The notes beneath the pieces were generated by a model that made no database searches, was not told where the DNA came from, and worked only from the letters and a program-made list of their open reading frames with translations. This document shows positions 53,263-62,871 of a DNA stretch of 64,000 nucleotides, one piece after another. Source of the stretch: Bacillota bacterium. GTDB lineage: Bacteria > Bacillota > Clostridia > Peptostreptococcales > Anaerovoracaceae. How positions within the stretch are numbered: the first letter of the stretch is position 1; the number at the start of each line of letters is the position of its first letter. Position numbers and translations under genes: made by a program. The DNA is taken from positions 476 through 64,475 of the forward strand of contig JAAWDM010000050.1 of NCBI GenBank assembly GCA_022793795.1. Direction: 5' to 3'.

Positions 53263-53545
53263 TTATGGGACCATGAGCCCGGCCAAGGGAACGAGGAGAA
53301 GGAGAGGCATGACATTGCAATGGACCAGTAAGATAAGCCTTGTTGACACACTTCTTAAAATCAGCAAGTTTGGTCAAAAATCCATCCATATTCTCCCATT
53401 TAAGAGCCTTTTTCAAAGGTTGCACATGGAAATTTTGTCACGACTCCCTTTGTTTTGCAAACTTAGTCAACGTTTTCAGCCAATTTTGTTGACACATAGC
53501 CTAGAAAACGACAAATGAGTCAACATAGCAGAGTCGATACTAAAA

Positions 53546-53618
53546 GGCTGTCGCCCAAACGGTAACTTTCCGTTCATGCGACAGCCCCAGCGCGGCCACC
53601 GGTTTGACTGGTGGCCGC
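53546..53618. terminator. Two tandem GC-rich hairpins downstream of the amino-acid ABC operon
   Basis: GGCTGTCGC (53546-53554) / GCGACAGCC (53578-53586) encloses AACGG/CCGTT. GCGGCCACC (53592-53600) / GGTGGCCGC (53610-53618). T-rich flanks occur on both strands. Confidence 0.55.
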
Positions 53619-53632
53619 GATTCTTTTACCTT

Positions 53633-54164
53633 CTATTCATATTGAACGGCAAGAGGGACAATCTCCTGCTTGCCGGTATCAAAATCTCCCACCATGTAAT
53701 TTCCCGACTGTACCCACTCTGCATAAAGTATATCCAGACAGTAAGCCGTATCCCCAATGATGGCGCAGCAGATACCCTTACCATCTACCGCAGACAATAC
53801 ATAATATAACGGCTCGTCAGCAGAGGTCAAATCCGCCAATGCATAAAACACATCCAGCAAGGGTATCATTTATGGATGCAAGGATAAACGGCTTTTGAAC
53901 CCATTGATCTCCCTGATGAAAAGCATAAATATCATACTGATAGGGATAGTTCTCTGCCACTGGAGTTTCTCGCTCCGAAACAGCCACTGCCGCAAAATAT
54001 AGGGAGATACCCTTCTCTCGATTCTGTAGAATCCGCTCCTCCATTGTGGTGTAATCAAAAGATTGTAACCGATAAACATCCTTTGACCACATGACAATAC
54101 AGACCGCCAGAATCAACAATGGTACTATTGGAAGACGTTTCTGTTTTCCGGCTTCCATCTTCAA
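53633..54164 (-). pseudogene. Hypothetical membrane-anchored protein, apparently frameshifted near 53862-53869
   Basis: ORF 53817-54164 has a signal-anchor (RLPIVPLLILAVCIVMW). ORF 53633-53869 has no RBS and starts right after an in-frame TAA. The start overlaps the ABC ATPase stop (ATGA). Confidence 0.45.
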
Positions 54165-54919
54165 ATCTTTTCCTGGGATTTCTGTAAAAACGCTTTGGTC
54201 TTTTCCGACTTCGGATGGTCGAATACCTCCTCTGGCGTTCCCATCTCTTCAATCTGACCGTCAGCCATGAAGATGACCTTATCGGCCACACCCTTGGCAA
54301 ACTCCATCTCGTGGGTCACCACAATCATGGTGCTGTCGCTGTCCTTTAAACCCTTGATAACCTTCAGCACTTCACCGGTCAATTCCGGATCCAGGGCCGA
54401 TGTGGGCTCATCAAAACATAGAATATCCGGTTCCATCATAAGCGCTCTGGCAATGGCTACCCGCTGCTGCTGCCCGCCGGAAAGCTGGCAAGGATAACTT
54501 TCCAGCTTGTCAGAAAGACCTACCCGCTCGATGAGCTGCAAGGCCCGCTTTTCCAACTGGTCAGGAGTTCCTTTTTTTAATAGTGTGGGCGCAAGTCTGA
54601 CGTTTTCCAGCACATTATACTGGGGAAACAGGTTAAAGGATTGGAATACCAAACCGAAATGCAACCTGTTCTCCCGAATTTCCACCTCGTTGTGAATATC
54701 CGTCACGCCGCCTTCATAGATGGTCTGACCGCCTACCGTAATGGTTCCTTCATGGGCGAATTCCAGGAAATTCAAACAACGAAGAAGGGTTGTCTTTCCT
54801 CCGCCGGAGGAACCGATGATGGCCAATACCTCCCCTTTTTCCAGGGAAAAATTGATGCCCTTTAACACCGTCGTCTTTCCAAAACTCTTCTTTAAATTCT
54901 TTACTTCCAATATTGCCAT
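54161..54919 (-). CDS. Polar amino acid ABC transporter ATP-binding protein (GlnQ-like)
   Basis: GSSGGGKTT Walker [16 protein letters not shown] and [11 protein letters not shown]. Confidence 0.92.
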   Translation of the reverse strand: MAILEVKNLKKSFGKTTVLKGINFSLEKGEVLAIIGSSGGGKTTLLRCLNFLEFAHEGTITVGGQTIYEGGVTDIHNEVEIRENRLHFGLVFQSFNLFPQYNVLENVRLAPTLLKKGTPDQLEKRALQLIERVGLSDKLESYPCQLSGGQQQRVAIARALMMEPDILCFDEPTSALDPELTGEVLKVIKGLKDSDSTMIVVTHEMEFAKGVADKVIFMADGQIEEMGTPEEVFDHPKSEKTKAFLQKSQEKI

Positions 54920-54928
54920 GGCTGCCTC

Positions 54929-55588
54929 CTAACTGCTGAAATATCCCAGCTTCTTCTCTACCCAAGCGAAGAATATGGTCAAAAGTCCGCTGAACAGCAG
55001 ATAGAATATGGCTGTAGTAAGCAGCGGCCATATGATACCATCGCTCTTGATGAAAGCCTGACCTGCCCAAATCAGCTCGTACACTGCGATAACCCTGGCC
55101 AAAGAAGTATCTTTAATCAGGTTGATGAACTCGTTGCCCATAGGCGGTATGATTCTCTTAATGACCTGCAGCAATACGATTTTGAAGAAAATCTGCCGCT
55201 TGGTCAGTCCCAGCACCTGTCCGGCTTCATACTGGCCTTTGGAAATGCTTTCAATGCCGCCCCGGTAGATTTCAGAAAAATAGCAGGCGTAATTGATGAT
55301 GAAGGCCACCATCACCGCTATGAATCTGCCCGTACCGCTGCCGCCCCAGATATTGTTTCCAAAGAGTAACCCCGGGCCATAGTAAATCACGATTAACTGT
55401 AGCAGTAAGGGCGTTCCCCGCATAATCCATACTAAAAATCTGGAAATCATCCGAATGGGAAAAAACCTGCTCATGGAGCCAAAGGAAATGACTAGCCCCA
55501 GAGGCAAAGACCCCAACAAAGTGAGGAAAAATATTTCGATTGTAACCACAAATCCACTGGATAGGGACAGTATTACTTCCTGAAACAT
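54929..55588 (-). CDS. Polar amino acid ABC transporter permease (HisMQ family)
   Basis: 219 aa, 5 TM, with an EAA-like loop (YEAGQVLGLTKRQIFFKIVLLQ). Confidence 0.88.
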   Translation of the reverse strand: MFQEVILSLSSGFVVTIEIFFLTLLGSLPLGLVISFGSMSRFFPIRMISRFLVWIMRGTPLLLQLIVIYYGPGLLFGNNIWGGSGTGRFIAVMVAFIINYACYFSEIYRGGIESISKGQYEAGQVLGLTKRQIFFKIVLLQVIKRIIPPMGNEFINLIKDTSLARVIAVYELIWAGQAFIKSDGIIWPLLTTAIFYLLFSGLLTIFFAWVEKKLGYFSS

Positions 55589-55623
55589 AAACTATGTATC
55601 CTTCTTTCGTCTTTTGTCTGGCC

Positions 55624-56439
55624 TTATTTCTGTTCGATCATGAAATCTTTCAGGCTATACTTTTCTGCAACTTCCAGCATGGTGCCGTCTGCATAGATAT
55701 CCTTTAAGAACTGGTTCAGCTCTGCTGCCAAATCGGAACCCTTTCTGAATCCAACTACATCCTGCTCCTCATTTAAAATCAGGCCATATGCTAAGTCTTC
55801 ATAGCTGGTTCCTTCTCCAACCAGAGCGGCTGCAATCAAAACGTCCACGATAGCTGCTTCCGAGGTACCTGCTGCAACTTCCATAACTGCGTCAGCCTGG
55901 GTCTGTACTGCGGTAAAATCACATTCTAAACGCTCTGCAACTCCCTGACCCATGGAACCCGCTTCTACTGCAAAACTCAATTCCTTCAAAGATTCTTCGG
56001 TCTGGTACTGGCCGATCTTATCCTTAGCCATGACCAGAATCTGTCCGTTGGTGCAGTACGGATTGCTGACTTCCATACCCTTCTTCACTTCATCTGTCGG
56101 CGTCATACCGTTCCAAACCATATCGATGCTCTTGTTATCCAGTTCCATAATCTTGTTATCCCACTCGATTACTACAAACTCGATGTCCACACCCAGTTTC
56201 TCTGCGAAAGCCTTGGACAGGTCTGCATCCAGGCCGACCCACTCTCCGTTTTCTTCGTAATCCATCGGTGGATAATCGGTAATACCTACCACCAGCGTTC
56301 CCTTATCCTGTACATAAGCCTTATCGGATTCAGCTGCCTGGCCCTGATCGTCACCGCCGTCATCACTGCCGCAGGCCGCCATTGCAAATACCATCACAAA
56401 CATGAGTAAAACTGCCAATACTTTTTTTAAATTCTTCAT
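55624..56439 (-). CDS. Amino acid ABC transporter substrate-binding lipoprotein (family 3)
   Basis: Lipobox ..FAMAACGS plus an SBP_bac_3-like body. Confidence 0.85.
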   Translation of the reverse strand: MKNLKKVLAVLLMFVMVFAMAACGSDDGGDDQGQAAESDKAYVQDKGTLVVGITDYPPMDYEENGEWVGLDADLSKAFAEKLGVDIEFVVIEWDNKIMELDNKSIDMVWNGMTPTDEVKKGMEVSNPYCTNGQILVMAKDKIGQYQTEESLKELSFAVEAGSMGQGVAERLECDFTAVQTQADAVMEVAAGTSEAAIVDVLIAAALVGEGTSYEDLAYGLILNEEQDVVGFRKGSDLAAELNQFLKDIYADGTMLEVAEKYSLKDFMIEQK

Positions 56440-56628
56440 TTTATATGTATCCTTTCTTATTTTAATGTCCCTCTGGGCAAAACAGGTTGGCCGATTGCCT
56501 AGGGGAATGAATTGTCATGACGCTATTATACTTTAACGCGGTAAAAAAGTAAAGTGTTTTCTGCAAAAAAGAAGGCCCATAAAATCAAAAACGATTCCAC
56601 AGACCTTCCTCTTATGATTCGCTTAAAA

Positions 56629-57648
56629 CTACTTTAATGAACCCATATATTTCAGCGTTCTAATCAGTTGGGCGGTATAACTCATCTCATTATCATACCA
56701 GGAAACGATTCTCACCTCGTAGATTTTGGTACCGCATCTTTGAGCCAATGTCTGAGTGGCATCGAAGAGGGAACCGTAACTCATGCCGATGATGTCGCTG
56801 GATACCAGTTCTTCTTCTGTATAGCCAAAGGACTCGTTGGCAGCCGCTTTCATGGCCGCATTGATGCCTTCTACACTTACGCTTTCCGTCTCATCCTTTA
56901 CCGTTGCGTCTAAAATGGTGATGGAACCCGATGGTACTGGCACTCTCTGAGCAGAACCGATGAGCTTACCTGCCAGTTCTGGAATTACAAGGCCGATGGC
57001 CTTAGCTGCGCCGGTGCTGTTTGGAACGATATTGACAGCGCCAGCCCTTGCCCTACGAAAATCTCCTTTTCTGTGAGGGCCATCGAGAATCATCTGGTCT
57101 CCGGTATAGGCGTGGATGGTGGTCATGAAGCCGGTTCTCACTTCTCTATAATCGTTTAAAGCCTTAGCCATAGGGGCCAGGCAGTTGGTGGTACAGCTTG
57201 CGCCAGAAACGATTACATCGTCTTTAGTCAAATTCTGGTGGTTAACCCCATATACGATGGTTGGCAGGTCATTTCCTGCAGGAGCAGAAATCAGCACCTT
57301 CTTTGCACCTGCATCGATGTGCGCTTGAGATTTTGCTTTGGAAGCAAAAAATCCGGTACATTCCAGCACCACGTCCACACCCAGCTTTCCCCATGGGAGA
57401 TTCTTTGGGTCTGGTTCTGAATAGATGTCGATGGCTTTGCCGTCTACGATTAAGTGGGAATCGTCACAGGTTACATCGTGGCCCTTGTACGCCCCCTGTA
57501 CGCTGTCATATTTTAGCAGGTAGCAAAGCATCTCTGCCTTGGTCAAATCGTTGATTGCAACTACCTCCACCTCTGGGTCGCCAAAGATTTTACGAAACGC
57601 CAGTCTGCCGATTCTTCCGAATCCGTTGATCGCAACTTTCATACTCAT
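56629..57648 (-). CDS. gap: Type I glyceraldehyde-3-phosphate dehydrogenase
   Basis: [12 protein letters not shown] motif and the catalytic SCTTNCLAP. Confidence 0.96.
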   Translation of the reverse strand: MSMKVAINGFGRIGRLAFRKIFGDPEVEVVAINDLTKAEMLCYLLKYDSVQGAYKGHDVTCDDSHLIVDGKAIDIYSEPDPKNLPWGKLGVDVVLECTGFFASKAKSQAHIDAGAKKVLISAPAGNDLPTIVYGVNHQNLTKDDVIVSGASCTTNCLAPMAKALNDYREVRTGFMTTIHAYTGDQMILDGPHRKGDFRRARAGAVNIVPNSTGAAKAIGLVIPELAGKLIGSAQRVPVPSGSITILDATVKDETESVSVEGINAAMKAAANESFGYTEEELVSSDIIGMSYGSLFDATQTLAQRCGTKIYEVRIVSWYDNEMSYTAQLIRTLKYMGSLK

Positions 57649-57694
57649 TTTCTGTTCCTCCTGTTTTCATCGCATAAAACAATTCTCTGCTTTT

Positions 57695-58444
57695 CTATTT
57701 GTCAACCTCTTTCACGGTTGTATACTGTTTAAACGCCTCTGCCTCTAGCCTATTGGTTATGATGCTGCAATCCTCAATCCTGCCAAAGGACATGGCTGAA
57801 ACCACTCCAAACTTAGAACTATCCGCCAAAACATAGGCCATATAGGAATGTTTTAGGGCCGCTTCCTTGACCTGTGCCTCATCCAGGTCGGCTGTAGTCA
57901 AGCCCCGCTCTATATCGATTCCGCTGGCTCCCATAAAGCACTTGGTAAAATTACACTTTTCGATAAACCGTACCGTGCTTTCTCCCACAATGGAAAGGGT
58001 CTTACTCTTTAAGTTTCCCCCGGTCATGTAAACTTTAAACCCTCTTTGCGCCAGCTTTTGACCATGAATAATCCCATTGGTCACATAGGTAACGGTGTCG
58101 TTATGAAAAAAGTCAATCATATGCTCAGTGGTGGTTCCGGAATCAAGAAAAACAAAATCGTTGTCCTCAATCAGTGCGGCTGCATACCTGGCAATGGCCT
58201 CCTTCTCCTTTACATGAAGGAAAGCCTTCTCCCTAGCATCCTCCTCCACTGTGCGAATTCGTTTATCCATGGCAATGGCGCCACCGAATACCTTGCACAG
58301 CTTTCCTTCTTTGTCCAGTTCGTTGATGTCTCTTCTAATGGTTGATTCGCTGGAGTCGAGAGCCTGTGCTAGATGGGTGACTTTCACTGCGCCTCTCTTT
58401 TCAATTTCTGATAAAATGATACGATGCCGCTCTTCCTGTAGCAC
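57695..58444 (-). CDS. DeoR/GlpR-family transcriptional regulator
   Basis: N-terminal HTH (ERHRIILSEIEKRGAVKVTHLAQALDSSESTIRRDINEL) plus a DeoR C-terminal sensor. The probable GTG start at 58444 follows GGGAGGG. Confidence 0.85.
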   Translation of the reverse strand: MLQEERHRIILSEIEKRGAVKVTHLAQALDSSESTIRRDINELDKEGKLCKVFGGAIAMDKRIRTVEEDAREKAFLHVKEKEAIARYAAALIEDNDFVFLDSGTTTEHMIDFFHNDTVTYVTNGIIHGQKLAQRGFKVYMTGGNLKSKTLSIVGESTVRFIEKCNFTKCFMGASGIDIERGLTTADLDEAQVKEAALKHSYMAYVLADSSKFGVVSAMSFGRIEDCSIITNRLEAEAFKQYTTVKEVDK

Positions 58445-58520
58445 GATGCCCTCCCTTCTCACCGCCTTGTTTTTCCACCCCTATCATATCACTTCCACAA
58501 TCAAAGTCAAGCATTTTCTT

Positions 58521-58580
58521 TCAAAATAATTCAAATTATATCAAACTATTTCAAATTATATCATATAGCCTCAATTATCT
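58521..58580. repeat. Six consecutive 10-bp phased TCA(A/T)A repeats, including a perfect 14-bp direct repeat
   Basis: TCAAAATAAT TCAAATTATA TCAAACTATT TCAAATTATA TCATATAGCC TCAATTATCT. TTCAAATTATATCA occurs at 58530-58543 and 58550-58563. It lies between the divergent DeoR and MFS genes. Confidence 0.8.
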
Positions 58581-58629
58581 TGATGCCACTGTCAATGGTA
58601 TGATATTATAAATAAATGGAGGTTGGGAG

Positions 58630-59880
58630 ATGAATTCAAAACTATTTTCAAAAGATTTTACATTGGTTGTTATCGGTCAAATTATCTCTTTATTTGGCAA
58701 CGCTACCATAAGATTTGCACTGCCCCTATACTTATTGAATCTGACAGGTTCGTCAGCGCTTTATGGAACGGTTACGGCCTGTGCTTTTATTCCTGCCATT
58801 GCGATGTCCCCCATCGGTGGTATTGTGGCTGATAGGATAAACAAGAGGAACATCATGGTGGCGCTGGATTTTTTCACAGCAGCGGTTATCTTAATTTTTT
58901 CTCTGCTCATGAACGAAATTGACCTTGTGCTGCTCCTAGCGGTTACGTTGATGCTCTTATATGGTATTGCGGGAGCATATATGCCGTCAGTACAGGCCAG
59001 TATTCCTGTATTGGTAAGCCAGGAGCATCTGATGGCCGCAAATTCTATTATCAATACCATCAGTTCCTTTGCCTCTTTAGTGGGGCCTGTCCTTGGAGGC
59101 GTTTTATATAGCGCATATGGATTGGAACCCGTTCTGTGGGTTTGCATGATATCCTTTACCCTGTCGGCCGTTATGGAGATTTTCATTAAAATACCTTTCC
59201 AGAAGCAACCTCTTGGCGGCAGTATATTCAAAATCGTCAAAAGCGATCTTTCAGAGAGTATTGGGTTTATCCGAAAAGACCAGCCTATTATCTGGAAGGC
59301 GCTTCTCGTTGTCTGTGGGATCAACCTATTTCTGTCGGCAATGATAATTGTAGCCTTGCCATATCTGATAACAGAAGTCCTGGATTTGGAACCATCACAG
59401 GCCAACAAACTCTATGGCTTTGCAGAAGGCGCCCTAGCCGCAGGCGGACTTTTGGGAGGTCTGGCCGCTGGTATCTTCGCAAACAAACTGGAAATTCATA
59501 GGGCTGGAAATCTGCTTATCGCTTGCGCTATTTGTGTATTCCCTATGGGCATTTCATTGATACTGTTTTCTTCTGGAATGATGAATTATATGATTATCAC
59601 CTTATGCTGCTTTACCATCATGGTATTTTCTACGGTCTTTACCGTCCAGGTGCTATCCTTTGTTCAGGCCGAAACGCCGCAAAATCTAATCGGAAAAGTG
59701 ATAGCTGTCATTCTCACCTTTTCCATGTGCGCCCAGCCATTGGGCAATGCCGTATATGGTATTCTGTTTGAAATCTGTAAGGACTTTGAATATGTGGTTA
59801 TTTTATTTTCAGGCATTGCATCTCTTCTGGTTGCCATTAGCGCAACAAATATTTTCACAAAAATAGGGACGCAGCGCTAA
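58630..59880 (+). CDS. MFS transporter (EntS/Mef-like efflux type)
   Basis: 12-TM profile with a VADRINKRNIM motif-A-like loop. Confidence 0.8.
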   Translation: MNSKLFSKDFTLVVIGQIISLFGNATIRFALPLYLLNLTGSSALYGTVTACAFIPAIAMSPIGGIVADRINKRNIMVALDFFTAAVILIFSLLMNEIDLVLLLAVTLMLLYGIAGAYMPSVQASIPVLVSQEHLMAANSIINTISSFASLVGPVLGGVLYSAYGLEPVLWVCMISFTLSAVMEIFIKIPFQKQPLGGSIFKIVKSDLSESIGFIRKDQPIIWKALLVVCGINLFLSAMIIVALPYLITEVLDLEPSQANKLYGFAEGALAAGGLLGGLAAGIFANKLEIHRAGNLLIACAICVFPMGISLILFSSGMMNYMIITLCCFTIMVFSTVFTVQVLSFVQAETPQNLIGKVIAVILTFSMCAQPLGNAVYGILFEICKDFEYVVILFSGIASLLVAISATNIFTKIGTQR

Positions 59881-59927
59881 CGGTTATTTTCCATCAACGC
59901 AGCATCCCCACTTTTATTTCATGTTTT

Positions 59928-61349
59928 CTATTCCACTTCCACGCCGTGGTTCTTCAGCTCTGCTACAACGAAATCTCTGTCTTTTCTGATTTCTTCCATG
60001 ATGTAAGCTACATCCTCTTCGGTGGCTTTCTTCATGTTGTAGTTCTTAACACAGTTCTTCACATAGGACTTCTTGGAGTGTTCCAAATCGAACTCTCTGG
60101 CTTTGATCTGACCAGGGTCAGCTGGGAATACCAGAGACTTTCCAGGTACTTCCTCATCTGGATCGCCGAATCTTACATCGATGCCGTTTTCCTTAGCAAA
60201 GGTCAGCTGCGGCATTACGTGCTTGCCTGCGCCAGTATATTCGGTTTCCTGTACGACCAAAATCTGGTCTTCGTCCATTTCCTGTGCCAACGCAAATGCA
60301 GCAGTCAGGGAAGTGTTTCCGGCAGGGCCTCTCTCGTAGCCTTCCAAAACGGCTAAAGCCTGGGTGATATAGAATACTTCTCCCTGCTTTACGGTAACCA
60401 GTCTATCCATATATCTTAAGGTTCTAGCTGCATTTCTCGGGCAGTCGGAACGATCCGGCCAAGTTACGAACGGCAGGCCAAAACCGGTATGTCCTGTGGT
60501 GCAGGATTTCTTATTAAAGTCCTTATCGGAAGCCATGTGAAGTCCCGACAAGTCGATACAAGCGCCGTAAACTTTGGTATCCTTAGCGCCGGCCTTCAGC
60601 AGACCTCTAGCGGTACCAGTCAGGTTTCCGCCGCCAGCGTTGGTGCAAACGACCACATCCGGATCCTTTCCGAATCTTTCTCTGCACTGCTCTGCAATCT
60701 CATAACCCAAAGTCTCTACGCCAGCGATACCGAACGGTGTATATAAGGAAGCGTTAAAGAATCCTGTATCTTCCAGCAGGGACAGATGGGTGGAGAACAG
60801 TTCAGGGCCTACGGTCAGTTGTACAACCTCTGCGCCGTATGCTTCGCAAATTCTCTGCTTTTCCAGAATCTCAGGCTGTCCAACTTTTCTGTCGTCATAA
60901 CATTCCTGTACAACGATGCACTTTAATCCATGCATTGCAGCCTGTGCAGCCACAGCAGCGCCATAGTTGCCGGAAGTTGCGGCGATAACGCCCTTGTAGC
61001 CCAGCTTCTTAGCGTGGTGAACAGCGATGGAAGCTCTTCTGGCCTTGAAACTTCCAGAAGCATTGGCAGCTTCATCCTTGACGAAAATTCTGGCGCCCTT
61101 GCCTGCCGGCGCATACTTTCTTGCCAATGCAGTCAGGTTTCTAAGTTCTACCAGCGGCGTGTTGCCTACGCCGTGGGACAGCTGGATTTCTCTCATCTCT
61201 TCCATGGAGTATCCAACCTTTTCCATCATGCCCTCATAATCAAAACCGATGCCTTCGTATTCAAATTCATCGTAATCGATTCTCATAGCGTTTTTAATAA
61301 TATCATTCTTACGGGCGTTAATCGCGTTATAGGATTTATCTAATGCCAT
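59928..61349 (-). CDS. ortB: 2-amino-4-ketopentanoate thiolase beta subunit-like PLP enzyme (OrtB-like)
   Basis: 473 aa, Trp-synthase-beta-fold pattern (GNTPLVEL..DEAANASGSFKARRA..TSGNYGAA). It is paired with, and overlaps by 1 nt (TAATG), a ~100-aa OrtA-like gene. Confidence 0.6.
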   Translation of the reverse strand: MALDKSYNAINARKNDIIKNAMRIDYDEFEYEGIGFDYEGMMEKVGYSMEEMREIQLSHGVGNTPLVELRNLTALARKYAPAGKGARIFVKDEAANASGSFKARRASIAVHHAKKLGYKGVIAATSGNYGAAVAAQAAMHGLKCIVVQECYDDRKVGQPEILEKQRICEAYGAEVVQLTVGPELFSTHLSLLEDTGFFNASLYTPFGIAGVETLGYEIAEQCRERFGKDPDVVVCTNAGGGNLTGTARGLLKAGAKDTKVYGACIDLSGLHMASDKDFNKKSCTTGHTGFGLPFVTWPDRSDCPRNAARTLRYMDRLVTVKQGEVFYITQALAVLEGYERGPAGNTSLTAAFALAQEMDEDQILVVQETEYTGAGKHVMPQLTFAKENGIDVRFGDPDEEVPGKSLVFPADPGQIKAREFDLEHSKKSYVKNCVKNYNMKKATEEDVAYIMEEIRKDRDFVVAELKNHGVEVE

Positions 61350-61654
61350 TATTTTTCACCTCCGAATAATATTTCTTTTAGCTGTAATTCAACCTGCAAA
61401 AGCTCCGGCTGGAATTCGCCGTAGTCGTGAATATATCTTGGATTTACATCGCAAAGGACGCCCTTGGCCATCCGGCCGTTTACTGTCTTAATTTCTACTT
61501 CTTCGCCCATTTCGGCGTCACTCTGTGCAATCCCCTTTACCCAGAGCTTTAAATCGCACGCCTGTGTGTCTTCAGGAACCTGAGGCGCTCTTTGTCCGGC
61601 TGGCAGTACGATGTTTTGCACCTGTACCCAATCACCTTTTTTTGCACTTGCCAT
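61349..61654 (-). CDS. ortA: 2-amino-4-ketopentanoate thiolase alpha subunit-like protein (OrtA-like)
   Basis: KKGDWVQVQNIVLPAGQRAPQVPEDT.. resembles the OrtA N-terminus. ATG at 61654 follows AAGGAG. Confidence 0.55.
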   Translation of the reverse strand: MASAKKGDWVQVQNIVLPAGQRAPQVPEDTQACDLKLWVKGIAQSDAEMGEEVEIKTVNGRMAKGVLCDVNPRYIHDYGEFQPELLQVELQLKEILFGGEK

Positions 61655-61692
61655 TGCAATTACTCCTTTCAAAAAACGATTTACGCAGCGCT

Positions 61693-61721
61693 AAAAACGG
61701 GTCTCTATCCTCCCCGTTTTT
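61693..61721 (-). terminator. Intrinsic terminator hairpin between the VOC gene and ortA (VOC terminator and/or ortAB leader attenuator)
   Basis: AAAAACGGG-(11 nt)-CCCGTTTTT. A TTGAAA-17-TATAAC promoter-like element (61755-61783, minus strand) lies upstream of it. Confidence 0.6.
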
Positions 61722-61804
61722 GCACAAAATTCTTCTTATACAGTCTACCCTTTAGTTATAACCCATTTTCGCTACAATTTCAACACTATGGGAGAAAAAA
61801 TTTT

Positions 61805-62179
61805 CTATCGCACTGGTACGATTTCCATCCAGTACCCGTCTGGGTCTTCAATGAAATAAACACCCAGGCTTTCATTTTCAAAGCAGATGCATCCCATTTC
61901 CTTATGCTTCTCATGGGCCTTGTCGATATCCGCGGTGCGGAATCCGATGTGAATCTCATTGTCTCCCAGATCATAAGGGTCTTTCCGATCTCTATACCAG
62001 GTCAACTCCAATCTATAAGTGGATGGCGACGAATCGCTGGCCAGAAAAACGATTTTCCAGCTGCCGTCCTCTGCCTCCATCCGGCGAACCTCCGTAAGTC
62101 CCAATGCCTCCTCATAAAAAGCCATGGATTTTTCTAAATCCAGTACGGTGATACAGCTGTGATACATTTCAAATTTCAT
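61805..62179 (-). CDS. VOC/glyoxalase I family protein
   Basis: 124 aa with the H..E metal-ligand pattern (HSCITVLDLEKSMAFYEEALG ... YWMEIV). Confidence 0.8.
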   Translation of the reverse strand: MKFEMYHSCITVLDLEKSMAFYEEALGLTEVRRMEAEDGSWKIVFLASDSSPSTYRLELTWYRDRKDPYDLGDNEIHIGFRTADIDKAHEKHKEMGCICFENESLGVYFIEDPDGYWMEIVPVR

Positions 62180-62356
62180 AGGTATTGCTCCTCCCTTTTC
62201 GTTTCTTCAGTACTCTTTTCTTTCATTTTAATATATTTCAAGCAGAAAGGAAAGCCAACTAGCTTTCTTCTTGATAAAAAAATTATGAAATACGTTTGGA
62301 AATGACAGCAAATTATGATACAATAAAGGTATCTATTCGAAAAAGGAGGGGTTTTC

Positions 62357-62809
62357 ATGCCGATATTCGGATTCACCGTCAGCATGGCGGTCGTCTGGTT
62401 GGCGCTGGCCTTGATCTTTCTGGTCATTGAGGGGATTTCCATTGGACTTACATCCATCTGGTTTGCCGCAGGCGCCTTCGTCGCATTGCTTTTATCCTTG
62501 TTCGATGCAGCTATATGGTTACAGATCGCCGTTTTCCTCATTGTATCCATCTGCCTTTTGGTCTTTACCCGAAAGATTTTCGTAGAAAAGCTAAAAGCCG
62601 GTTCTGAAAAGACTAACGTGGATGCTTTGATTGGGGAGGAAGGTCTGGTAATCGCAGAAATTCAGCCTTTCGCTACCGGTCAGGTAAAGGTTGGCGGCCA
62701 GATTTGGACCGCCGTCGGGCAGGACACGGGAATGTCCATCGAAAAAGACACGCTGATTAAGGTCGCTGCCATCGAAGGGGTAAAGCTGGTTGTCATACCA
62801 GCAGAATAA
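62357..62809 (+). CDS. NfeD-family membrane protein
   Basis: Three TM helices plus a C-terminal OB-fold (GQVKVGGQIWTA), upstream of an SPFH gene. Confidence 0.85.
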   Translation: MPIFGFTVSMAVVWLALALIFLVIEGISIGLTSIWFAAGAFVALLLSLFDAAIWLQIAVFLIVSICLLVFTRKIFVEKLKAGSEKTNVDALIGEEGLVIAEIQPFATGQVKVGGQIWTAVGQDTGMSIEKDTLIKVAAIEGVKLVVIPAE

Positions 62810-62871
62810 TTTGATCTGAGATTTTAATTGCCCTCGTTTCTCAAAACGCGTGGGTGAAGAAAGGAAAAGTT

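Noticed and set aside
58761-59408. 215-aa minus-strand ORF opposite the MFS transporter
   Set aside because: It is the antisense frame of a clear 12-TM MFS gene, with no RBS or recognisable domain.
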